A stretch of DNA of 64,000 nucleotides from Candidatus Nanohaloarchaea archaeon (lineage in GTDB: Archaea; Nanohalarchaeota; Nanosalinia; Nanosalinales; Nanosalinaceae): assembly GCA_042218325.1 (NCBI GenBank), contig JBDGRE010000001.1, forward strand, positions 4,356-68,355, read 5' to 3'. This document shows, piece by piece, positions 28,582-38,824 of this stretch (positions within the stretch are counted from its first letter, which is position 1; each line of letters starts with the position of its first letter). The notes beneath the pieces are model-generated. The model saw nothing but the letters and a program-made list of their open reading frames with translations, was not told the DNA's origin and did no database searches. A program made the position numbers and the translations under genes.

Positions 28582-29724
28582 ATGAGGCCTCTTTTCCTGA
28601 CCTGGGAATACCCTCCTTTCAAGGCGGGCGGCATCGCGGCACACTGCGAGGACCTCGCCACCACGCTCGCGGACCAGGGCCATGAACCGGTCGTGCTGAC
28701 GTTCGGCCCGGAGGAGGAAGTCGAGCACAGGGACGGCATCGAGATCCACCGTGTTACCTCGACGGACTCCGCGGCAGACACTATCTCCTGGGCGATGAAG
28801 CTGGGATACGAGATGGAGAAAAAGGCCGTCGAACTCCACAAGGAGCAGGGGTTCGACCTTGTACATGCGCATGACTGGATGGCGGTTCCTGGCGCCACCG
28901 GCATAGAGAAGACCTTGGACATTCCGATGGTTTTCACCGTCCACTCTACCCAGCAGGGAAGGGACGGCATCGAGGGAGAGTACCAGCAGACGATACACGA
29001 TCTTGAATGGTACGGGACGTACGAGGCCGACCAGGTCATAACGGTCGGCCGTGAGTTCTCGGAGGAGGTCCGCCACACGTTCGATGTACCGGATGAAAAG
29101 CTGAACTACATACCGAACGGCGTAGACCTCGAGAAGTTCGACGCCCACAGCGCCAGCCTCAACTACAACGACTACGCGCTGGACTGGGAGAACATCGTGC
29201 TGTTCGTCGGCCGGATGTACCCGCAGAAAGGCCCCGGCCACCTCATCGAGGCGATGCCGGAGATAATCGACAGGAACCCTGAAGCCAAGTTCGTCATGGT
29301 CGGCTCTGGGACGACCGAACACTACAGGGGTATCGCCAAGAAGCAGGTCGGCGACAAGGTGCACTTCCCGGGATACGTCTCCGACCAGGAACTTCTCTCG
29401 CTTATGAAGACGGCGGAGATGACTGTCGCACCCTCGGTCTACGAACCGTTCGGCATCGTCCCGCTTGAGGCGGCGGCCTGTGAGACTCCTACCGTCGGCT
29501 CTTACGTGGGCGGCATGAAGGATACCATCGTCCACGAGTACACCGGCCTCCACAGCTACCCGGCGGACGCCGGCAGCATCGCGCACCAGGTATCACGGGC
29601 GCTGAACGACCCGGGCTGGGCGGACTGGCTCGGCGACAACGCCCGCGACCGCGTCGAGGACAACTTCCGCTGGGAGCAGATATCGGCGTGGACCACTGGC
29701 ATCTACTCAAAGGCGCTGGACTAG
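28582..29724 (+). CDS. GT4 glycosyltransferase
   Basis: WEYPP, HAHDW, FVGR, PSVYEPFGIVPLEA. Confidence 0.95.
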   Translation: MRPLFLTWEYPPFKAGGIAAHCEDLATTLADQGHEPVVLTFGPEEEVEHRDGIEIHRVTSTDSAADTISWAMKLGYEMEKKAVELHKEQGFDLVHAHDWMAVPGATGIEKTLDIPMVFTVHSTQQGRDGIEGEYQQTIHDLEWYGTYEADQVITVGREFSEEVRHTFDVPDEKLNYIPNGVDLEKFDAHSASLNYNDYALDWENIVLFVGRMYPQKGPGHLIEAMPEIIDRNPEAKFVMVGSGTTEHYRGIAKKQVGDKVHFPGYVSDQELLSLMKTAEMTVAPSVYEPFGIVPLEAAACETPTVGSYVGGMKDTIVHEYTGLHSYPADAGSIAHQVSRALNDPGWADWLGDNARDRVEDNFRWEQISAWTTGIYSKALD

Positions 29725-30375
29725 AGGGTGTCGACTGCCTCGGTGTAATCATCTCTGACGGAAAGGTGGTCTGTTTTCAGGAAGTATTCGAACTGGTTCA
29801 GGGGACTGAACACTTTTTGACCTCTTTCACCGTCCACGTAAAGTCTCTGCCCCTCATAAGCCTGCCAGGTTTCTCCATCTGTTTCTGCCTTCAAACACAC
29901 CGGTCCGTCGCTCAGGAAAATCCTTCCCTCTCCTGATGCGGTACTGATCGCCTCCTCCATGAAGTCGTCGGCGTACTCTCTGCCTTCCTCCTCGTCGAGC
30001 GCCCTGTTGACAAGGTTGGTTATCGAGTTCGGGACGGCTATCAGGTCCACAGGCCGGTTTATCCGGTCGGACATCTCGAGAGCTGGAACGCGGCCGTACT
30101 CTACACGGTCCCTCTCGTTCCGGTTCCTGGCCTCCGTGATCGTGTCTTGGTCTATATCTATACCTATGACCTGCGCATAGGGGAAACAGCTCGGAAAGCT
30201 CCTGCGTTGTCACACCCGGTCCACATCCGACCTCCAGGACCGTTTCCGGATCCAGTCCCGGCTCCCCGATAAAGGATTCCAGGTCACTTATCCGTCCATC
30301 GCCTGTCTGGAGGCTATCCCAGTGGCTTTCTCTTATCCTTTCGTCCAGGAACTTTTCGGTGAACTCGGGCATCAT
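29721..30375 (-). pseudogene. Class I SAM-dependent methyltransferase split by a +1 frameshift
   Basis: Motif I VLEVGCGPG in one frame; removing one G of GGGG at 30180-30183 gives FPYAQVIGIDID (motif II) and joins ORF 29721..30074. Confidence 0.8.
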
Positions 30376-30414
30376 CAGCGGCTAAGGCTTTAATAATAAA
30401 AGAGTTTTCGCCTG

Positions 30415-31104
30415 TCAACCCAGCCAGTCGAACATCTGCCTCAGCATCTTCTGCTTACCCTCCTCCGTGAAGGAGTGCTCCTCGCCGCGGTACTTCTGCA
30501 GCATCACGTCCGTGTCGAGCGCTTCCGCGGCCCTGAAGGAGTGCTTCGGGTGCACGGTGGTGTCATCGGCGCCGTGGAAAATGGCGACCGGGGCATCGAC
30601 CGCTTCCTCGAGGTCATCGAACGAGTAGCTGTACAGGTCTTCTATGAACCTGTCGTCGATGGGTTTGCCCTCGATGTACTCGTAGCTGCCTTTTTCCTCC
30701 ACGACTGACCGGAACTTGTCCATCGTCTCATTGTATGTTACCGGGGCCTTCACCACCACTGCCTCCGGTTCAAGCTCCTTCAGGGAGTGGAAGACGACTT
30801 TCGCGCCGAAACTGGTGCCGTACAGCGCGAATCTTTCGGGGTCGAAATGCCGGACGACGGCTTCAAGGTCCTTTATGCGGGATGTAAGAGTTTGCTCGAA
30901 GAAGTCGCCGGAACTCTCGCCGTTGCCGCGGAAGTCGAGCCCGACCGCGTTGAATCCCTCTCTGTTCGCTCGCTCGAGGATGTCTTCCTGCCTCTCCTTG
31001 TGCCCGCCGAAGCCGTGGCATACGAAAATCCACTGGTTTGAATCCGTGGGGTAGTGGACGGTGGCGATATGCGAACCACTCTCAACTTCGATTTTCTCCT
31101 CCAT
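30415..31104 (-). CDS. Alpha/beta hydrolase
   Basis: CHGFGG, DFRGNGES, GTSFG, HGADDTTV, EEHSF. Confidence 0.9.
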   Translation of the reverse strand: MEEKIEVESGSHIATVHYPTDSNQWIFVCHGFGGHKERQEDILERANREGFNAVGLDFRGNGESSGDFFEQTLTSRIKDLEAVVRHFDPERFALYGTSFGAKVVFHSLKELEPEAVVVKAPVTYNETMDKFRSVVEEKGSYEYIEGKPIDDRFIEDLYSYSFDDLEEAVDAPVAIFHGADDTTVHPKHSFRAAEALDTDVMLQKYRGEEHSFTEEGKQKMLRQMFDWLG

Positions 31105-31125
31105 TTTTTCCTCACTTATAATTAG

Positions 31126-32289
31126 ATGGAGTCGACGTTTTCTTTTATGGTTATGCTGCTGGAAGACCCGGTCAACAGGTTGATCGGCTACAAGGCGCTT
31201 CACGGCTTCGCTGTCGGCCTGATATCGATATTCATACCGGTCTACCTCTCCCAGGCCGGCTTCTCCCCCACAGTGGTTTTCTCGTTCCTGCTGGCTGACG
31301 TCGCCACGTTCGCCGCAGTCTCGCTCCCCGCCGGGTATGCTGTCTCCAGGATCGGCATGAGGTACAGCCTGCTCACGTCCTCGCTCCTCTATGTCACGGC
31401 GTTCGCCGCGCTCCAGTCGTTCACGACCACGCTGGCGCTCGCATACGGTGTCGCCGCTCTCATCGGTTTCGCGAAGGCGTTCCACTGGATTCCCGTCAAC
31501 GCGGAGTTCACCGCGGGAAGCGAGCGTGAAAGACGTGGAGAGAAGTACGGCCGGCTTGAGGCCCTGCCATCGCTGCTCGGGCCGTTCGCGCCGCTGCTGG
31601 GCGGCGCCATACTCAAGTTCCTCGGCTTCGGGACGCTGGTGGCTGTTTCCGTGGCGTTCGCGCTGGCATCGGTGCTGCCGCTCCTGCCTGGTAAGAACAT
31701 CTTGAGCCCGGATTTCGATATCTCAGGCCTGGCCTCGACGGAGCAGCTCGACCTGTGGGCCCTCTACTTCCTGGACGGCTTCGCCACGACAGCGTACGTC
31801 TTCCTTTTCCCGCTCTTCATCTACTACGTCATCGGCGGCGCGCTCAACTTGGGCGGGGTCAAGACCGTCGCAGGTATCGGCGCTGCACTGTTCGCGCTCG
31901 GAACCGGCAACCTAAGTGACCGGGTCGGGAAGACGAGACTGGTGTCCGCAGGCGCAGCGGCCTCGGCCCTGACATACCTGCTCGTGCCGTTCATACAGAC
32001 CCGTTCGGTCGCGTTCACGCTGTCGTTCTTCGCCGGCCTGACCTACATGTTCTACACCATCCCGCTGGTCTCGATGATAGCGGATATCGCGGAGGACGAG
32101 AACCTGCTCGGCTTCTTCTCCGTAAGAGAGGTCTTCCAGGGTTTCGGCAAGATAGCGGTCGTCGCGGTAACGGTCACGATGCTGGTCCAAGGCTCGATGG
32201 CGGACGCGTTCCGGGTAACGTTCTATCTGGCCTCCGCCTCAGTACTGTTGCTGGCGCTTGTGGCGAGAAAGATTGACCGCCGCAGGTAG
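31126..32289 (+). CDS. MFS transporter
   Basis: About 12 TM helices, GNLSDRVGK loop motif. Confidence 0.88.
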   Translation: MESTFSFMVMLLEDPVNRLIGYKALHGFAVGLISIFIPVYLSQAGFSPTVVFSFLLADVATFAAVSLPAGYAVSRIGMRYSLLTSSLLYVTAFAALQSFTTTLALAYGVAALIGFAKAFHWIPVNAEFTAGSERERRGEKYGRLEALPSLLGPFAPLLGGAILKFLGFGTLVAVSVAFALASVLPLLPGKNILSPDFDISGLASTEQLDLWALYFLDGFATTAYVFLFPLFIYYVIGGALNLGGVKTVAGIGAALFALGTGNLSDRVGKTRLVSAGAAASALTYLLVPFIQTRSVAFTLSFFAGLTYMFYTIPLVSMIADIAEDENLLGFFSVREVFQGFGKIAVVAVTVTMLVQGSMADAFRVTFYLASASVLLLALVARKIDRRR

Positions 32290-33510
32290 CTACTTCCTCA
32301 GCCGCTCGTCGACCTGCTCCTGGAAGTCCATGACGTGCTCCATGATGACGGCGAATCCCTGGAACGGGTGGTCGAAGTACGAGAAGTAGTTGTGTACGGC
32401 GTGGTCGCTCCAGGACTTGGTCGCGATATGGTGTAGATGGTCCGAGGTCAAGAATTTGCGCCATACCTCGTATACCTCTTCATCATCCGTTTCCCTGACC
32501 TTCTGCTCCAGGTCCTGAAGTTTGTCGAAAAGCGTCCGCTGGACCGGGTTGCCGAGCCAGGCGGAGGCGTCCATCTCCTTGTCGGCCCAGGAAACGGTGT
32601 TGTACTCGAACGCGTCGAACTCGCCGACCGGGTCGTTCTGCGCGACTTCTCGAACTTTCGCGAATCGGAGGTCGTCGTAGTCGAGCACCTGGTCAGGCAT
32701 CGACTCCAGGAACCACAGGATGCCGGTTCCCTCCCAGTGATGTTCCCCAAAAGTCTCGTAGTCCATGAAAAGGTTGACCATCTGGCCCTCGCACGCCGAG
32801 AGCCAGGCCGCGTACTTGTCCGCGGTCAGCGGGTACTCCTCCCACCACTCCGCGGAGAAACGGTAGCCGATATCGTCGGTGATCTTCCGGTTCCTGAGTA
32901 GTATGTTGTTCCCGTTCTTCGTCACGAAGTCGGGCTGCGTGTAGGCGTAGTTCGGCGACCGCCAGCCCAGTACGCGGGGAACGCCCTCGGTGAATATGCC
33001 GTCGAAGCCCTCCTCCGCCGACACCTTTCCTATCTCGTTGTGGTATATCAGCTCGGTGTTGGTCATGACTTGGGGGCGCGTGCCGAACGTGTCCTCGATT
33101 ATCTCCCGGTGCCTTCCAAGCTGCTGCCGGAACTCCCGCTTGTCGCAGAACAGGCCCGCGAGTGAGTGGTAGTGGGCCTGGCCGATTAAGTCGACCGTGT
33201 TGTCAGGGAAGGAGTTTAACATGTCGATAAGCTCCGGATGGTACTGTTTCGCCTGCTCGATCCAGGAGCTTGAGACGGAGAAGTTTACCTTCAGCTGCTG
33301 ACCGCGGTCCATCCCCGAGCGGTTCTTGGCTATCCTCAGCAGTCTTTCTGTCGCGGGGAAGTAGCAGTTCTCCGCCACGTCCCGGAAGAAATGCTCGTTC
33401 ATCTCGTCGTCGAAGTACCTGTCGTACAGCCGGTCTGCGTCCTCGTTGACGCCGTCCACCCTCAACCTGTGCGGCTGGTGGACCTCGAACGAGAGGGTTA
33501 TCGGCAGCAT
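32290..33510 (-). CDS. GH57 alpha-amylase-like glycoside hydrolase (start 33510 or 33582)
   Basis: FEVHQP, NTEL, DDIGYRFS, DYETFGEH, SWAD. Confidence 0.93.
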   Translation of the reverse strand: MLPITLSFEVHQPHRLRVDGVNEDADRLYDRYFDDEMNEHFFRDVAENCYFPATERLLRIAKNRSGMDRGQQLKVNFSVSSSWIEQAKQYHPELIDMLNSFPDNTVDLIGQAHYHSLAGLFCDKREFRQQLGRHREIIEDTFGTRPQVMTNTELIYHNEIGKVSAEEGFDGIFTEGVPRVLGWRSPNYAYTQPDFVTKNGNNILLRNRKITDDIGYRFSAEWWEEYPLTADKYAAWLSACEGQMVNLFMDYETFGEHHWEGTGILWFLESMPDQVLDYDDLRFAKVREVAQNDPVGEFDAFEYNTVSWADKEMDASAWLGNPVQRTLFDKLQDLEQKVRETDDEEVYEVWRKFLTSDHLHHIATKSWSDHAVHNYFSYFDHPFQGFAVIMEHVMDFQEQVDERLRK

Positions 33511-33591
33511 GTCTTCAGGATTCTCGCTATCGTTTAAATGAGGCCGTGGTTCTACCGTGGCGTTAAAAATCGAGCCCCGCATGTTCTACAT

Positions 33592-33822
33592 GTGAACGTC
33601 GAAACCCGGCAGGTAGATGGGGGTACGGAGGTACGGGTCTCTGCGGATAGAAAGGTAGCAGTGGCGGTGAAGACGCCTGAAGGCGAACGCATCTACCTGC
33701 CGGAAGCAGAAGGCAGCGATTCCTCCTATTACGTCGAGGAGCCGGAATCTCTCAGGAAGACAAGCGACGGGTACGCCGTTGTCCACCCGGGCGAGGTGGA
33801 GGAAGTCGAGGTCATAAGATGA
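33592..33822 (+). CDS. Small conserved hypothetical protein
   Basis: GERIYLP...DSSYY...VVHP; ATGA overlap with the next gene; start uncertain. Confidence 0.6.
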   Translation: MNVETRQVDGGTEVRVSADRKVAVAVKTPEGERIYLPEAEGSDSSYYVEEPESLRKTSDGYAVVHPGEVEEVEVIR

Positions 33823-34418
33823 GAGAGGAGGTCAGGGAGGGCTACGAGAAAGGAGACTACGAGAGCGATTACCGCCGGAACAGAGAGATAAGACAGATGG
33901 AAGAAAGATTATTCGAAGAGATGCTGGACAGAGTTCCTGAAGGCCCCAAGGTACTGGATCTGGGGTGCGGTATCGGTGAGCCTTTCGACAGATACCTTGT
34001 AGAGGAGGGTTGCGATATGACAGGAGTCGATATAGCTGAAAAGCATGTAAAGAAGGCCAGGGAAAACGTTCCGGGCGCCGAATTCATGCAGGGAGACTTC
34101 TTCGAGCAGGACTTCGCTGACGGGTCTTTCGACGCGGTCGTGAGTTTCTACGCAATATTTCACATACCGAGAGAGGAACACGGCAATCTATTCGGGCGGA
34201 TACATCGATGGTTGAAGGAGGATGGCGTGATACTGGTAACACTGGGAGGCGGAGAGATGGATGAGCACAGGGACGAGATAGGTGGGGCGGAGATGCTCTG
34301 GAGTTCCTATACCGTGGAGGAGAACAGGGAACTCGTGGAGGAGGCAGGTTTCGACATAATCGAGGACTGTATAGAGGAAGAGGAAGGCCATCTCTGGATA
34401 CTTGCGGAGAAACGATGA
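33819..34418 (+). CDS. Class I SAM-dependent methyltransferase
   Basis: VLDLGCGIG, GVDI, FDAVVSFYAIFHIPR. Confidence 0.92.
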   Translation: MREEVREGYEKGDYESDYRRNREIRQMEERLFEEMLDRVPEGPKVLDLGCGIGEPFDRYLVEEGCDMTGVDIAEKHVKKARENVPGAEFMQGDFFEQDFADGSFDAVVSFYAIFHIPREEHGNLFGRIHRWLKEDGVILVTLGGGEMDEHRDEIGGAEMLWSSYTVEENRELVEEAGFDIIEDCIEEEEGHLWILAEKR

Positions 34419-34419
34419 G

Positions 34420-35457
34420 CTAAAGATTCCGGTAGACTTCACGGACCTCTTCCGCGACCTCCATCCAGGTGCGCGACTTGAAATTTCCTACTTCGCGGCC
34501 GAGCGCCTCCTCTATACCATTCTTTATGGAATCGGAGTCCGGTTCCACGCTCACGACGGCGTTACCTGGCAGCACCTCTTCCGCGCCGCTCCGGGTCGCG
34601 ACCACGGGCGTACCGGCCTCGACCGCCTCTGTAACTGTCAGGCCGAACGGTTCGTTGATGGAGGGCGACACGAACACTTCGGCGCCCCCGTAGTAGTCGC
34701 CGAGTTCTTCCTCCGGGATGAATCCCTCGAAAACCACCCGGTCCTCGATACCCAGTATCTCGACGAACTCCTCGAGCGCCGGCCTCATATGGCCGTCGCC
34801 GCCGAGCACGAGCGTCGCCTCCCGCTCCTGTAAAAACTTCTTGAAGCCGTAAAGCAGGTGTTCCAGCCCCTTCTGCTCGGCGTGCCGGCCGACGTAAAGC
34901 ACCATCTCGCCGTGGATGCCGAGCTCCTCTTTGACGTCCCTGCCGCCAGATTCCGCAGTCGAGAAACCGTTGTGGATGACCTGCGGCTCCCGGCCGTATT
35001 TCTCCTCGATATCGTCCGCGAGCATCTGGCTGACCGCGATGAGCTCGTCCGCACGCTCGATTATGCCGCGTTCCATCTCCACCATCCTGTCGGATGGTGA
35101 ACGGTTCCGTTGCGAGCTCAGGGAGTGGAAAGTAGCGGCCCACAGGGCATCCGAGTACTTCTTCGCCTTCAGTCCGGGTTCGGAGCCGAACCAGTCGTGC
35201 GTGTGAACGATGTCGTACTCCTCCGCCAGTTCAAGAAACTCTTGGGAAAGGTTCCGGGTCTTCTCCATCATGTCGCCCTCGCCCGCGTCCAGTCCCACGA
35301 TTCCCTCGCGGTCCGGCGCCCGCTCTTCAGGCAGCGCCAGCGTCACGTCGACGCCCAGTCCCTGCAGCTCCTCGAACAGCCGGGCCACGTGTACATCGAG
35401 GCCGCCGTCGATATCGGGCGGGTATCCCCAGCCCAGCATGAGCACTCTACGGTCCAT
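34420..35457 (-). CDS. GT4 glycosyltransferase
   Basis: LGWGYPP, HTHDW, YVGR, SPSINEPFGL. Confidence 0.94.
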   Translation of the reverse strand: MDRRVLMLGWGYPPDIDGGLDVHVARLFEELQGLGVDVTLALPEERAPDREGIVGLDAGEGDMMEKTRNLSQEFLELAEEYDIVHTHDWFGSEPGLKAKKYSDALWAATFHSLSSQRNRSPSDRMVEMERGIIERADELIAVSQMLADDIEEKYGREPQVIHNGFSTAESGGRDVKEELGIHGEMVLYVGRHAEQKGLEHLLYGFKKFLQEREATLVLGGDGHMRPALEEFVEILGIEDRVVFEGFIPEEELGDYYGGAEVFVSPSINEPFGLTVTEAVEAGTPVVATRSGAEEVLPGNAVVSVEPDSDSIKNGIEEALGREVGNFKSRTWMEVAEEVREVYRNL

Positions 35458-35484
35458 AGGGAAAGACTGCGGCGGGAAGTTCTT

Positions 35485-36510
35485 TTACTCTATCCCTATC
35501 GCGTCGTTCGTCCGCGCTATAGACGTCTCTCTGTCCTCGAGCTCCATCATCGACCTGATGGCGTCGATGTTATCCGGCACGACGATGGATTCCTGGTGGA
35601 CCATGTGGATCCAGTAGAGCGTGCCCGAATCTACGGTAACGGTCTCCTCCCAGACCGCGGCCTCCTGCATGTCAGAACGAGCCCTATGAAGGTCGCGCAT
35701 CTTCTCGTGCAGCTTCGCGGTCGAGTCGTAGCCGTCGCCCGCGGATTCAAGGTTGACGCGCGGCTGCTCCTCGAAGGCCTTCAGGACTTCTTCTTCCGTT
35801 GCCTCGTTTTCCAGCTCGACGTTGACCATGTGTACGTGGCCGTAGGTTACCGGCACCTTGACCGCGAGCGTCTTGATATCCAGCCCGGGCATCACCGCCT
35901 GTACGTCAGGCCCATGGTGCGATGGGACCTCTGTGACCGGGATGGTGGAGTTTATAGGCCCGCGGGAGTCCTGCGGGATGTCACCTCCACGCCTCACGAG
36001 ATTCGCGACTGCTTCTTCCACGCCGAAGTTTTCGTCCACGGCGTTCATCGTCCTTGACAGCGAGGTGGTGTTACAGGAGACCACCTTCACGAAGTCCTCG
36101 CCTCGCGCTTCCCCGTAGTTCGCGTCGGCGTTGAACTTGACCTCAGCGATGTCTCCCGGTGCCCCGCCCTGGAATATCGCCTTCACATCGTTCGGTGCGT
36201 AAAGTTTCTCCTTGTTCTTCTCGTCGATACCGGGAGGCGTGCAGTCCACGACGATGTCGGCCTCGTCTATGTGTTCTTCAAGCAGGCCCTCGACATGCAT
36301 ACCGTCCTCCTCGAGCTGTTCTCTCCCGTCATCGCTAGAGGCGAGCAGCGTCGTGCCGTGCAGCGCTCCCTGCTCGCTGAGACCTGTCCTGAGTCCCGTG
36401 CCCGCGGAGACATCCGATAATGCGTAGAGCTCCATGTCAGGCTGTTTTTTGACGGCTTCCGCCACCCGCTTTCCTATCGTTCCGACACCGTTTACGACTA
36501 CTTTTACCAT
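35485..36510 (-). CDS. gap: Glyceraldehyde-3-phosphate dehydrogenase, archaeal type II
   Basis: NGVGTIGKRVA, VVSCNTT, HQESIVVPDNIDAIR. Confidence 0.96.
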   Translation of the reverse strand: MVKVVVNGVGTIGKRVAEAVKKQPDMELYALSDVSAGTGLRTGLSEQGALHGTTLLASSDDGREQLEEDGMHVEGLLEEHIDEADIVVDCTPPGIDEKNKEKLYAPNDVKAIFQGGAPGDIAEVKFNADANYGEARGEDFVKVVSCNTTSLSRTMNAVDENFGVEEAVANLVRRGGDIPQDSRGPINSTIPVTEVPSHHGPDVQAVMPGLDIKTLAVKVPVTYGHVHMVNVELENEATEEEVLKAFEEQPRVNLESAGDGYDSTAKLHEKMRDLHRARSDMQEAAVWEETVTVDSGTLYWIHMVHQESIVVPDNIDAIRSMMELEDRETSIARTNDAIGIE

Positions 36511-36556
36511 GATATCACGGTTACAGATTGCCGCTCCGGAATAAAAAGATGCCGAC

Positions 36557-37006
36557 CTACTCCGTGATACTGTCCAGAAGGGTCTCTATGTCTCTACCCG
36601 GGCCCCGCACGGGTTCGGTATTCTCTTCTGCTGCCGCCTTGAGCTCCCGGACCGGTCCCGGATCGTCCCCGTCCGTGATCCAGGCCCTGCGTTCCACCGC
36701 TTCACCGTCGAGGATGGACAGGCAGCCAGGAAGCAAAGGATGGAAGAACCTCTCGAGACGGGAGGGCTCCTCCACTTCCATGCTGTCCAGTTCTTCCGGG
36801 CTGGGCAGTTCTCCTCCTGTTACGTATCCGCGGAACTCCACCACTTCGTACGTGCCGCCGGTTCGACCGGGAGGCGCGCCTATCGAGGGCCTTGGCGAGG
36901 CCATACCGCTGCTTTCGTAGAGCTCTACGCGGAAACCTTCCGGGTCGCCGTAGACCTGGATGGTCTTGCCCGGTACCTCGTCGTATCTTATGAAAGGTCC
37001 TGCCAC
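36557..37006 (-). CDS. Hypothetical protein (start uncertain)
   Basis: Acidic ORF filling the gap between gap and nnrD. Confidence 0.5.
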   Translation of the reverse strand: MAGPFIRYDEVPGKTIQVYGDPEGFRVELYESSGMASPRPSIGAPPGRTGGTYEVVEFRGYVTGGELPSPEELDSMEVEEPSRLERFFHPLLPGCLSILDGEAVERRAWITDGDDPGPVRELKAAAEENTEPVRGPGRDIETLLDSITE

Positions 37007-37087
37007 GCCTGCGTTAACGCACCGAAACTTAAATCGATACCGGGGAGAAGGGAAGGAAATATGATGCACCGGGCCTGATAGTAAACC

Positions 37088-37864
37088 ATGCAAGAGCTGC
37101 TCCAGGAACTCGAAAGGAAGCCCGGCACCCACAAGGGAGAGAACGGCCGTGTCGGTATCGTCGCGGGAAGCGCTGACTACACCGGTGCGCCGGCGATAGC
37201 CGCGGAGGCGGCGCTGCGTACAGGCTGCGACCTGGTGAGGATTCTGACTTCAGGCAAGATATCGGAGGTCGTGGCTTCTTACTCCGAGAACTTCATCGTC
37301 TCCGGCTACCCCTCCAAGTACTTCGGCAGGTCTTCCCTGAAGGAGGCCCGGGAGCTGGCGGACTGGGCCGACGCCCTTGTTGTCGGACCGGGGATGGGCG
37401 ATGCGAGCAGTTCCGCGCTCCAGCGTTTCATGGAGGAAGTCGACACACCGGTGGTGGTCGACGCTGACGCGATAGGGCCGGCCCTTGAGGCGGAAAACTC
37501 GGACATGGTCTTCACGCCGCACAGCAGAGAGGCCGAGCTCATCGAGCAGGAGTACGGCTCCCTCTCCGTGTTCTCGGAAGAGACCGGGGCGGTGGTGCTC
37601 CAGAAGGGCCCTGTCGACCAGGTATACTCTGCGGAGAAGTACAGGAACCGGACGGGTACGGCAGCGATGACCGTCGGGGGAACCGGCGACGCGCTCGCCG
37701 GCGTGGTGGGCTCGTTGCTCTCACAGGGGTTGCCGAGGACCAAGGCGGCGAGACTCGGTTCGTGGATAAATGGTAAGGCGGGTGAAAGAGCCGCGGAGCG
37801 CTACGGCAACGGGATGCTGGCGACAGACCTCGTCGAAGAGATACCCGGGATCATGTGGGACTAG
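37088..37864 (+). CDS. nnrD: ADP-dependent NAD(P)HX dehydratase
   Basis: HKGENG, YTGAP, GPGMG, VVDADA, TPH, GGTGDALAG. Confidence 0.93.
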   Translation: MQELLQELERKPGTHKGENGRVGIVAGSADYTGAPAIAAEAALRTGCDLVRILTSGKISEVVASYSENFIVSGYPSKYFGRSSLKEARELADWADALVVGPGMGDASSSALQRFMEEVDTPVVVDADAIGPALEAENSDMVFTPHSREAELIEQEYGSLSVFSEETGAVVLQKGPVDQVYSAEKYRNRTGTAAMTVGGTGDALAGVVGSLLSQGLPRTKAARLGSWINGKAGERAAERYGNGMLATDLVEEIPGIMWD

Positions 37865-38226
37865 CCCTTCAGCAGTGCGAACGGGTCGTCGGGTCCTTCC
37901 TCGAGCATCTTTTCGGTCCAGGCCCCGGCGCTTGCGCCGTCTTTCTCTATCGTTGGCGGGTACTCGCCTCGCCTGAGTTTGAGATCTGACTCGGGCCGGT
38001 CCATGCATGTAAGGGCATACCGCTCTTTTTCCTCTTCGGTCAGGGCTCTTGCGGCGGGCTGCGCTACCTCTCCCTCGACTATTTCGGCGGAGCAGGCGAG
38101 ACACATCCCCACGCGGCAGGAGTACTCCTGCGCTATGCCCGTTTCTATCGCTGCGCGGAGTATGGTCTGGTTCTCTGGTACCTTCATCGTTTCGCCGCTG
38201 CCGACGTACTCGACGGTGTGCTCCAT
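37861..38226 (-). CDS. 2Fe-2S ferredoxin
   Basis: YSCRVGMCLAC...LTC. Confidence 0.92.
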   Translation of the reverse strand: MEHTVEYVGSGETMKVPENQTILRAAIETGIAQEYSCRVGMCLACSAEIVEGEVAQPAARALTEEEKERYALTCMDRPESDLKLRRGEYPPTIEKDGASAGAWTEKMLEEGPDDPFALLKG

Positions 38227-38269
38227 GTAGAAAGGTCCGGGAGGCTGCTTGAAACCAGTTACGGCCCTG

Positions 38270-38824
38270 TCAGTTCTGGATGTTCTCTTTCTTCCAGCCC
38301 GGCCTGAAATCGTACTGTATGCCTGAGTCACGGATGGCCTCGATGTGCTGTTCTATCCTGTCGCGCGCGCACTCCGGTACGAGATACCGCCACTCCTCCC
38401 CGGAACGGATACGGCGGCGGACCTCTGTACCCGAGTAGACGTCCGGTTCGTGCATCTCCTGTTCCACGGCCTCCATCGAGGTGTGCTCCTCGACCAGTTC
38501 CTTGACGAGGTCGTTGTTCGATACGACGACGTCCGCGCCGAGCTCCTCTATATTCTCGGCCCAGCGCCTGTTCCCCTCCTCGTCTTTCTCGTCGTCTTCC
38601 ACCGGGACGATCCTTAGTTCCGGGAAGCAGTCCTCGATTATCGCCTTCCGCTCCTCGAAACTGAGGGGGTTGTCCTCCTCCCGTGACTTGTCGGCGCTGC
38701 CGACCGCGACCACGAGTTCCCCGAACCTGTCCCGCGTGTTCTCGATGGCCTTCCTGTGGCCCACGTGGAGTGGCTGGAATCTGCCCAGGAAGACCGCTTT
38801 CTTGTCTCCAGTATCCATTTTCAT
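38270..38824 (-). CDS. nadM: Nicotinamide-nucleotide adenylyltransferase
   Basis: GRFQPLHVGH, NPLSFEER, SGTEVR. Confidence 0.9.
   Translation of the reverse strand: MKMDTGDKKAVFLGRFQPLHVGHRKAIENTRDRFGELVVAVGSADKSREEDNPLSFEERKAIIEDCFPELRIVPVEDDEKDEEGNRRWAENIEELGADVVVSNNDLVKELVEEHTSMEAVEQEMHEPDVYSGTEVRRRIRSGEEWRYLVPECARDRIEQHIEAIRDSGIQYDFRPGWKKENIQN

Noticed and set aside
30415-31485. 356-aa version of the hydrolase ORF and other 5' extensions (23122..25044, 18774..19418, 50099 start)
   Set aside because: The extensions overlap neighbouring genes; downstream starts match the domain boundaries
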